A stretch of 64,000 bases of DNA from an uncultured delta proteobacterium (GTDB lineage Bacteria; Myxococcota; Myxococcia; Myxococcales; 40CM-4-68-19), in assembly GCA_963792275.1 (NCBI GenBank), contig CAWBVQ010000016.1:28947-92946 (forward strand), read 5' to 3'. The notes beneath the pieces were generated by a model. The model made no database searches. It was not told the origin of the DNA and worked only from the letters and a program-made list of their open reading frames with translations. The position numbers were made by a program, and so were the translations under genes. Numbering within the stretch: the first letter of the stretch is position 1; each line of letters opens with the position of its first letter. This document shows positions 10,516-19,077 of the stretch, piece by piece.

Positions 10516-11423
10516 GGTGGGCGCGCCCGGCCCGGCAGCGGCGCCCCGTCGTCGAGCGGAGCGAGCATGGCGATGGCGGTGCTCCTGGCGCTCCCGGGAA
10601 AGAGGCCGCGGAGCTGCCCGGCCGGCCAGAAGCGCACGCGCACCCGGCCGCGCGCGGTGCAGGCATTCGCGCAGGCGCGCCGAGCAGGCACTCGCGCGCG
10701 GCCTCGCTGCTCCACCCGGCATCGAGCACGTCCACGCTGTCGCGGCCGAAGCGGATCATCGCCGCGGCATCGCCCGCCTTGCCTTCCACGACGATTCCCC
10801 ATTCCGGCTCGCCCACGCCGCGCGAGCGGGCGAGCTCGCGCAGGCGGCGAAGCTGGAAGCGCAGAGGCCAGCCGTCGCGCACCAGCGCGAAGCGGCCCTC
10901 GCGCCGGCGCCCCGCCGCGAACAGCCGCGTCATCGGCTCCTCGTCTCCCGCCATCGCCTGGCGGAAGCTGCCCGCCGCGCGCGGAAGCCCGCCTGCGTCC
11001 ACCGTGCATTCGCGGCTCTCCAGCGTGTGGAAGCCGAGCCGCTCGTAGTAGTGCACGTCGATGTCGGAGAAGAGGACCGCGGCCTGCGCTCCTCCGCGCC
11101 GGTACTCGTCCATGGCGGCGCGCAGCATCGCGGCGGCATGGCCGCGGCGGCGCAGGGGAGGCGGAGTGAACACCGCGCCGATGCCCAGCAGCCGCAACGA
11201 CCTGCCGGCGCAGGTGCCCCGCAGATCGTAGGCTTTCATCGCCGCGACGAGCGCGCCGTGCTCGAACCAGCCGAGGAGGCGGTAGCGGCCCTGCGCCTCG
11301 GCGGCATCGGCCAGCCGGCGCTGGAAGCCCTGGAAGCGTTCCTCGCCCAGCCCGCCGCCCCAGATCGGCTGGAATCCCGCGGAAATAGGCCGTCCGCTCC
11401 TCGCCGCTGAGGTCGCGCAACAT
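10466..11423 (-). pseudogene. GNAT-family N-acetyltransferase (Eis-like architecture), at least 3 frameshifts; 3-prime end uncertain
   Basis: Body is ORF 10466..11440 (GIGAVFTPPPLRRRGHAAAMLRAAMDEY...VLFSDIDVHYYERLGF). A native-looking N-terminus MLRDLSGEERTAYF starts at ATG 11423 in another frame. The C-terminal VRFWPAGQLRGLFPG..AIAMLAPLDDG is in a third frame. Confidence 0.6.
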
Positions 11424-11484
11424 CGCGCAAAAGCTACCATGCTCCGCCGTTTGCGTTCGCCGCCGCATTCTGTAGGGTGCGCCC

Positions 11485-11937
11485 GTGGACGCTCCGGTCA
11501 CCATCCGGTTCTTCTCGCTGCGCGAGGCGAACGCGCTCTTGCCCACGCTGCGCGAGGAGTTCACCCGCGCGCGCGCGCTGCGCGACAGCCTGCTCGGCGT
11601 GCAGGAGCGACTCCAGGAAACGGGGCACGGCATCGACGGACCGGAGGTGGCGGTGGACGCCTCGGCGTCGCCGGCGGTGCAGAAGCTGCAGGCGCGCGCG
11701 GCGCACATCATCGGGCAGCTGCGCCAGATCATCCGCGCGGTGTCCGAGCTGGGCATCGAGATCAAGGCCGCCGACGGCCTGGTGGACTTCCGCAGCAAGC
11801 TGCGCGGCCGCACCGTCTACCTCTGCTGGAAGTTCGGCGAGGACCGGGTCACCCATTTCCACGAGCTCGGCGCCGGGTTCGCCGGGCGCAGGCCCATCCC
11901 CGACGACGGCGACTTCACCGGCGATCTGCTGCACTGA
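11485..11937 (+). CDS. DUF2203-like protein
   Basis: ORF 11485..11937 (150 aa). The pattern FSLREANALLP...LGIEIKAADGLVDF...YLCWKFGE matches my memory of DUF2203. Confidence 0.65.
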   Translation: MDAPVTIRFFSLREANALLPTLREEFTRARALRDSLLGVQERLQETGHGIDGPEVAVDASASPAVQKLQARAAHIIGQLRQIIRAVSELGIEIKAADGLVDFRSKLRGRTVYLCWKFGEDRVTHFHELGAGFAGRRPIPDDGDFTGDLLH

Positions 11938-11947
11938 CACGCTCGCT

Positions 11948-12328
11948 TCAGCGCCGCGCGATCATCTCGATCTCCACCCGGGCGCCCTTGGGGAGCGCCG
12001 CCACCTGCACCGTGCTCCGCGCAGGCGGGCTCTTGGGGAACCTGCGCCCGTAGATCTCGTTCACGGTGGCGAAGTCCGCCAGATCCACCACGAAGATGGT
12101 GGTCTTGACCACGCTCTCGAACCCGGTGCCCGCGGCCTCCAGCACCGCGCCGAGGTTCTCCATCACCCGCTCGGTCTGGGCGCGGATGTCCGCGCCGATC
12201 ATCTGCTGGGTTGCGGGGTCCATCGGGATCTGCCCGCTGGTGAAGACCAGATCTCCCGCGATCACCGCCTGGGAGTAGGGTCCGATGGCCCTGGGGGCTT
12301 TCTCCGTCGTCACGATTGCGTTCGCCAT
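11948..12328 (-). CDS. ridA: RidA/YjgF-family reactive-intermediate deaminase
   Basis: ORF 11948..12379, start taken at ATG 12328. Motifs APRAIGPYSQAV, VFTSGQIP, KTTIFV.DLADF and PARSTVQVAALPKGARVEIE. Confidence 0.85.
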   Translation of the reverse strand: MANAIVTTEKAPRAIGPYSQAVIAGDLVFTSGQIPMDPATQQMIGADIRAQTERVMENLGAVLEAAGTGFESVVKTTIFVVDLADFATVNEIYGRRFPKSPPARSTVQVAALPKGARVEIEMIARR

Positions 12329-12380
12329 GGCGCGCGCACTCTGCGCGAGCAGCGCCGCGAACGTCAAGCGCCGGCGCAAG

Positions 12381-12584
12381 CTACTTGACGCGCACGCAGC
12401 GCTGCCCGTCGGACGCGTCGGGCCGGTACTCGTACTCGCCGATCCAGCCCTGCGCCTTGTTCTGCACCGTGCAGGCGTCGCACTCGACGCGCCTCTCGCC
12501 GGTGACGCGGTCGCAGTCGGAAACGTCCTTGATGGCGTGGGCGCAGCCGGCGAGCAGCAGCGCCAGGAACAGGACCTTCTTCAT
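12381..12584 (-). CDS. small Cys-rich lipoprotein (67 aa)
   Basis: Tail of out-of-frame ORF 12381..14222: MKKVLFLALLLAGCAHAIKDVSDCD...CDAC...RCVRVK. The ATG at 12584 overlaps the relA stop (ATGA). Confidence 0.55.
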   Translation of the reverse strand: MKKVLFLALLLAGCAHAIKDVSDCDRVTGERRVECDACTVQNKAQGWIGEYEYRPDASDGQRCVRVK

Positions 12585-14758
12585 ACCCGCTCCACCGAGT
12601 GCACGCCCGGGATCTGGCCGATGGCCCGCAACACGTCGTTGAGCTGTTTCACGTCGGCGATCTCCACTTCGAAGGTGCTGACGGCCCCGTCGCCGTTGGC
12701 CCGCGCGTTCGCCTGCACGATGTTGACGCCCACCTCCGCGAAGGTCTCGCTCATGCGCGCGAGCAGCCCCTTGCGGTCGTCGCTCATCACCCTGAGGTTC
12801 ACCACCCGCTTGAAGTCGGCGTGCGCGTCCCAGGCCACCTCCACCCGCCGCTCCGGGTCCGTCTCCATCGCCTTGCGGCAGCCGCGCACGTGCACGGTGA
12901 CGCCGCGGCCCCGGGTGATGAAACCGACGATGGGGTCGCCCGGCACCGGCGCGCAGCACTTGCCGTAGCGGACGAGGACGTCGTCGATGCCGCCGATGCG
13001 CACCCCGCCGCTGGTGCGCGAGCGCTGCGCCACCCGCCGGAAGAGCTGGGTGAGCGCGCTGCCCGGCGCGCCGTCGCCCTCGGAGCGCTCGTCGGGCGTC
13101 TTGAGCTTGTCCGGCGGGAAGAGCTTGTGCAGCACGTTCGCGGGCGAGAGCTTGCCGTACCCGACCGCGGACACCAGGTCCTCCGCCCGCGAGTGGCCCA
13201 TGTCGTTCGCGGCCTTGAGGAAGTCGGGCCCCTTGGCGATGCGGGCGAAGTTCAGGTCGAAGCGCTTGAACTCGCGCTCGAGCAGATCGCGGCCGATGTC
13301 GATGCTCCGCTCCCGCTGCTGGTTCTTGATGAAGTTGCGGATCTTGGCCTGCGCCCGGCTGGTCTTGACGAAGCTGAGCCAGTCCTTGTTGGGCCGCGCG
13401 CTCGGGCTGGTGAGGATCTCCACGCTGTCGCCGTTCTTCAGCTTGTAGCGCAGCGGCACCATCTTGCCGTTCACCTTGGCCCCGACGCAGTGCGCGCCGA
13501 CCTCGGAGTGCACCGCGTAGGCGAGATCCACCGGCGTGGACCCGACCGCGAGGCTCTTCACGTCGCCCTTGGGCGTGAAGACGAAGACCTCGTCCTGGAA
13601 GAGGTCCACCTTGACCGTCTCCAGGAACTCGCGCGGGTCCTTGAGGTCCTGCTGCCATTCCATCAGCTGGCGCAGCCAGGCGAACTTCTGCTCGTCCTTC
13701 CCGCCCGCGCCCCTGCCCTCCTTGTACGCCCAGTGCGCCGCGATGCCTTCCTCGGCGATGCGGTGCATCTCCTCGGTGCGCATCTGGATCTCGATCCGTT
13801 CCCCGGTGGGGCCGATCACCGTGGTGTGCAGCGACTGGTACATGTTGGGCTTGGGGATGGCGATGTAGTCCTTGAAGCGCCCCGGCACCGGCTTCCACAG
13901 CGAATGGATGAGGCCCAGCGCCTCGTAGCAGGCGGGCACCGTCTTGAGGATGAGGCGGAAGGCGACGATGTCGTGGAGCTGCGTCACCGAGGAGAGCCCG
14001 TTCTTCCGCATCTTCTTCCAGATGCTGTAGACGTGCTTGGGCCGGCCCTCCACCTGCGCCTCCAGGCCGGCTTCCTTGAGCTTGGTGCGCAAGAGCTCCA
14101 CCACGTCGGCGATGAAGCGCTCGCGGTCCTTGTGGCTCTGCTCGAGCTGCGCCTCCACCTCGCCGTACTCGGCGGGCTTGAGGTAGCGGAAGGCCAGATC
14201 CTCGAGCTCGATCTTGATCCACTGGATGCCCAGCCGGTTGGCGAGCGGCGCGTAGATGTCCAGCGTCTCCTGCGCGATGCGCTGCTGGCTCTCGGGCTTC
14301 ATGTGCTCGAGCGTCCGCATGTTGTGGGTGCGGTCGGCGAGCTTGACCAGGATGACCCGGATGTCCTTGGCCATCGCCACCAGCATCTTGCGGAAGTTCT
14401 CCGCCTGCTTCTCCTCGACGGAGACCGCCTGCGACGACTGGAAGGTGCCGAGCTTGGTGACCCCTTCGACGAGGTCGAGCACCTCGGACCCGAACAGCTC
14501 CTTGATCTCCTCGGGCTGGGCGAGCGTGTCCTCGATGGTGTCGTGGAGGAGCCCGGCGACGATGCTGGCCTCGTCCAGCTTCAGATCCGCGAGCAGTCCT
14601 GCCACCTCCAGCGGGTGGACGAGGTAGGGCTCGCCGGACTTGCGCACCTGGCCCTGGTGCACCTTCGCCGAATAGACGTAGGCCTTCTTGACGAGATCGA
14701 GGTCGGCGTCCGGATGGTACGCGTTGACCTTCTCGAGGATGTCATTCAGCCTTATCAT
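12581..14758 (-). CDS. relA: bifunctional (p)ppGpp synthetase/hydrolase (RelA/SpoT homologue)
   Basis: ORF 12581..15463 with start at ATG 14758 (MIRLNDILEK). HD motif HPLEVA..LLHDTIEDT, synthetase motif YQSLHTTVIGP..IEIQMRT, plus TGS and ACT regions. Intact, 725 aa. Confidence 0.9.
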   Translation of the reverse strand: MIRLNDILEKVNAYHPDADLDLVKKAYVYSAKVHQGQVRKSGEPYLVHPLEVAGLLADLKLDEASIVAGLLHDTIEDTLAQPEEIKELFGSEVLDLVEGVTKLGTFQSSQAVSVEEKQAENFRKMLVAMAKDIRVILVKLADRTHNMRTLEHMKPESQQRIAQETLDIYAPLANRLGIQWIKIELEDLAFRYLKPAEYGEVEAQLEQSHKDRERFIADVVELLRTKLKEAGLEAQVEGRPKHVYSIWKKMRKNGLSSVTQLHDIVAFRLILKTVPACYEALGLIHSLWKPVPGRFKDYIAIPKPNMYQSLHTTVIGPTGERIEIQMRTEEMHRIAEEGIAAHWAYKEGRGAGGKDEQKFAWLRQLMEWQQDLKDPREFLETVKVDLFQDEVFVFTPKGDVKSLAVGSTPVDLAYAVHSEVGAHCVGAKVNGKMVPLRYKLKNGDSVEILTSPSARPNKDWLSFVKTSRAQAKIRNFIKNQQRERSIDIGRDLLEREFKRFDLNFARIAKGPDFLKAANDMGHSRAEDLVSAVGYGKLSPANVLHKLFPPDKLKTPDERSEGDGAPGSALTQLFRRVAQRSRTSGGVRIGGIDDVLVRYGKCCAPVPGDPIVGFITRGRGVTVHVRGCRKAMETDPERRVEVAWDAHADFKRVVNLRVMSDDRKGLLARMSETFAEVGVNIVQANARANGDGAVSTFEVEIADVKQLNDVLRAIGQIPGVHSVERV

Positions 14759-14906
14759 CTGCAGGATTCGCCTTCGAGCGTACCTTGTCGCCGCTGCGCC
14801 GGCAAACGCCAGTAACCCGGTTCGACGCACTGTGCCACCGGGAGATTCACCCTCTGTCGTCCGTTGATTGACCCATCGGTTGCAGCGCCCGTATTCTCGC
14901 GCGCGC

Positions 14907-15917
14907 ATGTCCATCTGCCCCGCGTGCGGCAAGGAAAACGAGGACTTCTGGGGAAGCCGCGCGCGCTGCACCGACTGCGGCTCCGAGCTGTCCACCGGGG
15001 CGACCGGCCCGGCAGGCTCCATCTCCGAGGAGCTCTCCGCGCTGGCGCTTTCGCAGGACGAAGCCGCCGAGGCGGCCGAGCCGCCGGCTCCCCGGGCGCG
15101 CACCGGGAAGGCGTGCGCCAGCTGCCGCACCGTGAACCCCGCGGTGGCGCGCTTCTGCTTCCAGTGCGGAACTCCCTTCGCGCCATCGCCCGCCCCGCCG
15201 CGGCCGCGCCCGCCGGACGAACCGGCTGCCGACTCGTCCGCCGAGCCGATCCTGGAGGAGCAGGCCCCTCCGTTCACGGCGGCCCTGGTGGTGGAGAAGG
15301 GCCATGCGCAGGGCGCCACGTTCGCCATCCAGCACATGGAGAACACGCTCGGCGCGCTGGGCACCAACATCGAGCTGGGCGACGACCTGTTCGTCGCGCC
15401 CCACGCCGCCACGCTCGCCTTCGTCGACGATCGGCTGGTGCTGCGCGACGAAGGGAGCGTCAACGGCGTGTACGTGAAGCTGCAAGGGCCGGCTCTCCTG
15501 GAGCCGGGCGACCTGTTCGTCGCCGGCGAGCACCTCTTGCGCTACGACGGCGCCGTCGATCTCCCCTGGGGTCCGGAGGGCGACACGCCGCTGATCGGCG
15601 CGCCGCGGCCGCAAGGCCCCGCCGTCCGGGTGGTGGAGGTGCTCGCGGGGGGACGCACCGGCCGCACCTGCCACCGCAGCGGACCTTCCATCGCGGTGGG
15701 CCGCAGCGGGTGCGAGATCAACTTCCCTTCCGACGCGCAGCTCGCGACCCGGCACGCGGAGATCCGCATCGCCGAGGGCGGGGCCGCGGAGCTGGTGGAT
15801 CCCGGCCAAAGCCCCGCCGGCGTCTTCCTGCGCGTGCGCGCGCGGCAACACGTCGATCTTCGCGGCGGCGACATGCTGCGCGTGGGCGAGCAGCTCTTGC
15901 GGGTCGAAGCGGGCTAA
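14907..15917 (+). CDS. zinc-ribbon plus double FHA-domain protein
   Basis: ORF 14868..15917, ATG at 14907. CPACG...CTDCG and CASC...CFQCG ribbons, then two FHA-like cores (LRDEGSVNGVYV, ...VDPGQSPAGVFLRV). Confidence 0.8.
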   Translation: MSICPACGKENEDFWGSRARCTDCGSELSTGATGPAGSISEELSALALSQDEAAEAAEPPAPRARTGKACASCRTVNPAVARFCFQCGTPFAPSPAPPRPRPPDEPAADSSAEPILEEQAPPFTAALVVEKGHAQGATFAIQHMENTLGALGTNIELGDDLFVAPHAATLAFVDDRLVLRDEGSVNGVYVKLQGPALLEPGDLFVAGEHLLRYDGAVDLPWGPEGDTPLIGAPRPQGPAVRVVEVLAGGRTGRTCHRSGPSIAVGRSGCEINFPSDAQLATRHAEIRIAEGGAAELVDPGQSPAGVFLRVRARQHVDLRGGDMLRVGEQLLRVEAG

Positions 15918-17154
15918 CGACCGAAAACGGTCTCCATCGCGGGCGCGCGCTTCGGGCTCGGCCTCGATCCGGCGAAGAACCATGCTGCCGCCCCCAGCGC
16001 CACCGCCCCGACCGCCGCTGCGGCGACGAGCGCGCGAAGGGTGCGCGCCGGACTTGCGCGCCAGCGGAACCGCCGGCGTCGGATGGGGCAAGGGCGGCGT
16101 CAGGGGCCGCGCGCCCGTCGCTGCCGCGTCCGGCGGAGGCGCCTCCTGCCGCGGCACCGCGAGCAGGAGCTCGCGGAACTCTTCCGCCGTCTGCGGCCGC
16201 GCCCCGGGGTCCTTTTCCAGGGCGCGGAGGATGAGCGCCTCCATTGCCACGGAGATGGGCGCGGAAGGGGCGCGCTCGCGCGGCGGCGCCGGAAGGTCGT
16301 TCACCTGGCGGGTCAGCACCTCCATCGAGTTCGGCCCGTCGAACGGCAGCACTCCGGTGGCCATCTGGTAGAGGATCACGCCCACCGAGTAGAGGTCGCA
16401 GCGCGCGTCCAGCTGCGTGCCCGTCGCCTGCTCCGGCGCCATGTACTGCGGCGTGCCGCAGACCACGTCCGAGCGGGTCAGCCCCGGCAGGTCGCTGTCG
16501 AGGATCTTGGCGATGCCGAAGTCGAGCACGGTGACGAAGTCGCGGTCATCGCTCCGCTGCTCCACCATGATGTTCTCGGGCTTGAGGTCGCGGTGGACCA
16601 CGTTGTGCGCGTGCGCCTCGCCGAGCGCCGCCAGCACCTGCGCCATGATGTGGCAGAGGCGTTCCTCGGGCAGCGGCCACTCGTCGCGCAGCACCGCCCT
16701 CGAGATCCTTTCCCTGCACGTACTCCATGGCGATGAAGAGCGTCCCGTCGCTCTCGTTGCGCCCGAAGTCGAGCACCTGGATGCTGTTCGCGTGGTTGAG
16801 GCGGCTGGCCGCCTTCGCCTCGCGCTCGAAGCGTCCCACCACCGTGAGGTCTTCGAGCAGCGCCGGCCGGAGCATCTTGAGGCAGACCGTGCGATCGAGA
16901 GCGAGGTGGCGGGCGCGGTAGACCTTGCCCATGCCGCCCTGGCCGATCACCTCCTCGAGCTTGAAGCGGCCCGCCACCACCTGGCCGATCAGCGGATCGC
17001 GCTGCCGCGATTTGAAGCCGAACCCGAGGCTCGTGCCACGCGCAGTCGGCTGCGAAAGGACGGCGCCGCAATCGGCGCACGCCCGGGCAGGCCCCGCAGG
17101 CAACGCGCGAGCGCATTGCGGACAGGTGGCGACGGCTTCCTCCTTCGCTGGCAA
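15914..17154 (-). pseudogene. Ser/Thr protein kinase with N-terminal zinc ribbon; frameshift near 16700 and probably another at 16040-16095
   Basis: ORF 16546..17154 (CPQC..CADCG, GQGGMGKVYRA, VCLKML) continues after a 1-base skip in ORF 14847..16694 (HRDLKPENIMV, DFGIAK, GTPQYMAPE). A C-terminal TM segment (TLRALVAAAAVGAVALGAAAWFFAG) ending at TAG 15914 is in a further frame. TTG start at 17154 with GGAGG upstream. Confidence 0.8.
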
Positions 17155-17265
17155 TGCCCCTCCAATGCCGAGACTGGCACAGAAGCCGGCCTTTGACCAA
17201 CCTGCAAAAGTGTCTTTCAGACCGCCGCCTTGACCCCTGTTTGAACAGCGTCATAAAAGCTTTTC

Positions 17266-18033
17266 ATGCAGTGTCCCCGCTGCGGCGCGCGCAACGACAA
17301 GGAGGTCGGGTCGTGCGAGGCCTGCGGGGCTACCCTGGTGCGGAACCGCCCCGCAGCGCGCTCGACGCGGCCACCGCCCGCGAGCGGCCGGGCTGCGAAG
17401 CCGCGCGCTCGCGTCTCCGCCGTCTCCCGCGACGGCAGCCGCTCCGCCGACTTCGTCCTGGTCAGGGACGAGACCAGGGTCGGTCGGACGGTGGGCGCAG
17501 GCGAGGTCGAGCTGGACAAGGATCCCTTCGTCGCGCCGCTCCACGCGCTCTTCCGCTTCGAAGGCTCGCGCCTGGTGGTGCAAGACGCGGGCAGCCCCAA
17601 CGGCGTCTTCCTCTGGTTGCGCGAGCGCGAGCTCGCGGCCGGCGACGAGCTGCGCATCGGCCGGCAACGCCTGCGCATCGAGTGGATGCCGGAGGAGCCG
17701 TCACCGGTCGCCGACCAGCCGATCTGGGGCAGCCCCGATCCGGGATACACCGCCCGCGCCGTCCTGGTCCTCGAGGGCGGCGGCGACGGCGACGTCTTCC
17801 CGCTCAAGACGGGCGAGAACCTCGTCGGGCGCGGCACGGGCGACGTGAGCTTTCCGCACGACGGCTACGTCTCCAGCCGGCACGCCGCCATCGTGGTGGG
17901 GGAAGGGACCCTGCTGGTGCGAGACCTCGGGTCGGCGAACGGCACCTTCGTGCGCGTGAACGGCGAGGCGTCGCTCAGCCCCGGCGATCTGCTGCTGGTG
18001 GGCGAGCAGATCCTCCGCGTGGACCCGCCCTGA
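17266..18033 (+). CDS. zinc-ribbon plus double FHA-domain protein
   Basis: ORF 17266..18033. MQCPRCG...CEACG, then two FHA cores (VQDAGSPNGVFL, VRDLGSANGTFV). Confidence 0.8.
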   Translation: MQCPRCGARNDKEVGSCEACGATLVRNRPAARSTRPPPASGRAAKPRARVSAVSRDGSRSADFVLVRDETRVGRTVGAGEVELDKDPFVAPLHALFRFEGSRLVVQDAGSPNGVFLWLRERELAAGDELRIGRQRLRIEWMPEEPSPVADQPIWGSPDPGYTARAVLVLEGGGDGDVFPLKTGENLVGRGTGDVSFPHDGYVSSRHAAIVVGEGTLLVRDLGSANGTFVRVNGEASLSPGDLLLVGEQILRVDPP

Positions 18034-18039
18034 TCGGCC

Positions 18040-18180
18040 CTAGCAGTGGCCCGCGGGCCGCGCCGAGCACACCAGCGCGAGCCGGCGCAGCGCCGGCACC
18101 GGAGGATCGCCCTGCAGCGTCGCGAAGAGCGCGCCGAGGACGATGGCGAGGAGGATCTGTTTCAACGAGAGCCGTGCCAT
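18040..18180 (-). CDS. possible small membrane/secreted protein (46 aa), speculative
   Basis: Hand translation: MARLSLKQILLAIVLGALFATLQGDPPVPALRRLALVCSARPAGHC. It lies just downstream of the ECF sigma gene and is below the ORF-track size cutoff. Confidence 0.25.
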   Translation of the reverse strand: MARLSLKQILLAIVLGALFATLQGDPPVPALRRLALVCSARPAGHC

Positions 18181-18241
18181 GACTCACTCTCCGTCTCTTC
18201 GATTCCTGCCGGCGAGCAGGGATTCGTCGCCTTTGGTTGCC

Positions 18242-18931
18242 TCAGGAAGCGAGGCGCTCGCAGAGCTGCGCCTTGACCTTCGCCCGGAAACGCTCCAGCC
18301 GCATGGTCACGGCGCTCTTGCCCACGCCCATGCGCAGCGCGATCTCCCGCGCCGAGAGGGTGCCGTCCAGGTAGAAGAGGCGCACCGTCTCCTTCTCCGG
18401 GCCTTCGCGGAGCTCGTCGATGACCTCGCGCACGGCGCGCAGCTCCGCCTCCTTCTCCAGCGCATCCGAGGCCGCCGGCACGTGGTCGTCGAGGAGCTGC
18501 GCCTCGCGGGTTGCGTCTTCCGCCGCCTTGAAGTGCGTCGCGCGCGAGGTCAGGTAGCTGCGCGCGCGGTTGCGTGCGATGGTGAAGAGCCAGGCGGCGA
18601 AGCGCTCTCTATCCTTGAGCCCCGCCAGCGCGCGGAAGGCGCGGACGAACGCCTCCTGGGTCACGTCGTCGGCCTCGTCGGCGTCCAACTCGGAGAAGCT
18701 GAGGGCAAGCCGCGACACCGCCGGGCGGTAGCGGCGGTACAGCTCCTCTTCCGCCGCCCTGCCCCGCGGTCCCGGGCGCAGGGCGCGAGCCACGAGGGTT
18801 GCGTCGCTCAGGTGCCCGTCGAGCAGCGTCAGGCGGGGACGCGCCTGCGGTTCGGCGATCTTCTGGACGGCCCGGTTGGTCGCGAGGGTCATGACCTCTA
18901 GCACCCGCCGTGCCCATGCCATCTGCCGCAC
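18242..18931 (-). CDS. ECF-type RNA polymerase sigma-70 family factor
   Basis: ORF 18242..18931. Region 2 (DVTQEAFVRAFRAL...FAAWLFTIARN) and region 4 (RLFYLDGTLSAREIALRMGVGKSAVTMRLERFR). The start may be the ATG at 18892. Confidence 0.8.
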   Translation of the reverse strand: MRQMAWARRVLEVMTLATNRAVQKIAEPQARPRLTLLDGHLSDATLVARALRPGPRGRAAEEELYRRYRPAVSRLALSFSELDADEADDVTQEAFVRAFRALAGLKDRERFAAWLFTIARNRARSYLTSRATHFKAAEDATREAQLLDDHVPAASDALEKEAELRAVREVIDELREGPEKETVRLFYLDGTLSAREIALRMGVGKSAVTMRLERFRAKVKAQLCERLAS

Positions 18932-19077
18932 GCGCCCTCTGTGATTTCAGACCTTTACGCGATGCGGAGATTGCGGCCGGAGGTCTTTGACCGCGACACC
19001 CGTGTCATGGGCGGGGTGGTTCTCCGCGCGCGTCCCGCGTGACGAGGCGCACCTCGAAGGATAGCTTTGGCGCCCGC

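Noticed and set aside
17171-17190. Sigma-54 promoter candidates containing TGGCAC/TGGCAT (17173, 21457, 48643, 54582, minus strand near 18170).
   Set aside because: In every case the -12 element (TTGC at the correct 10-nt spacing from GG) is missing or shifted by one or more bases, and several lie inside coding sequence.
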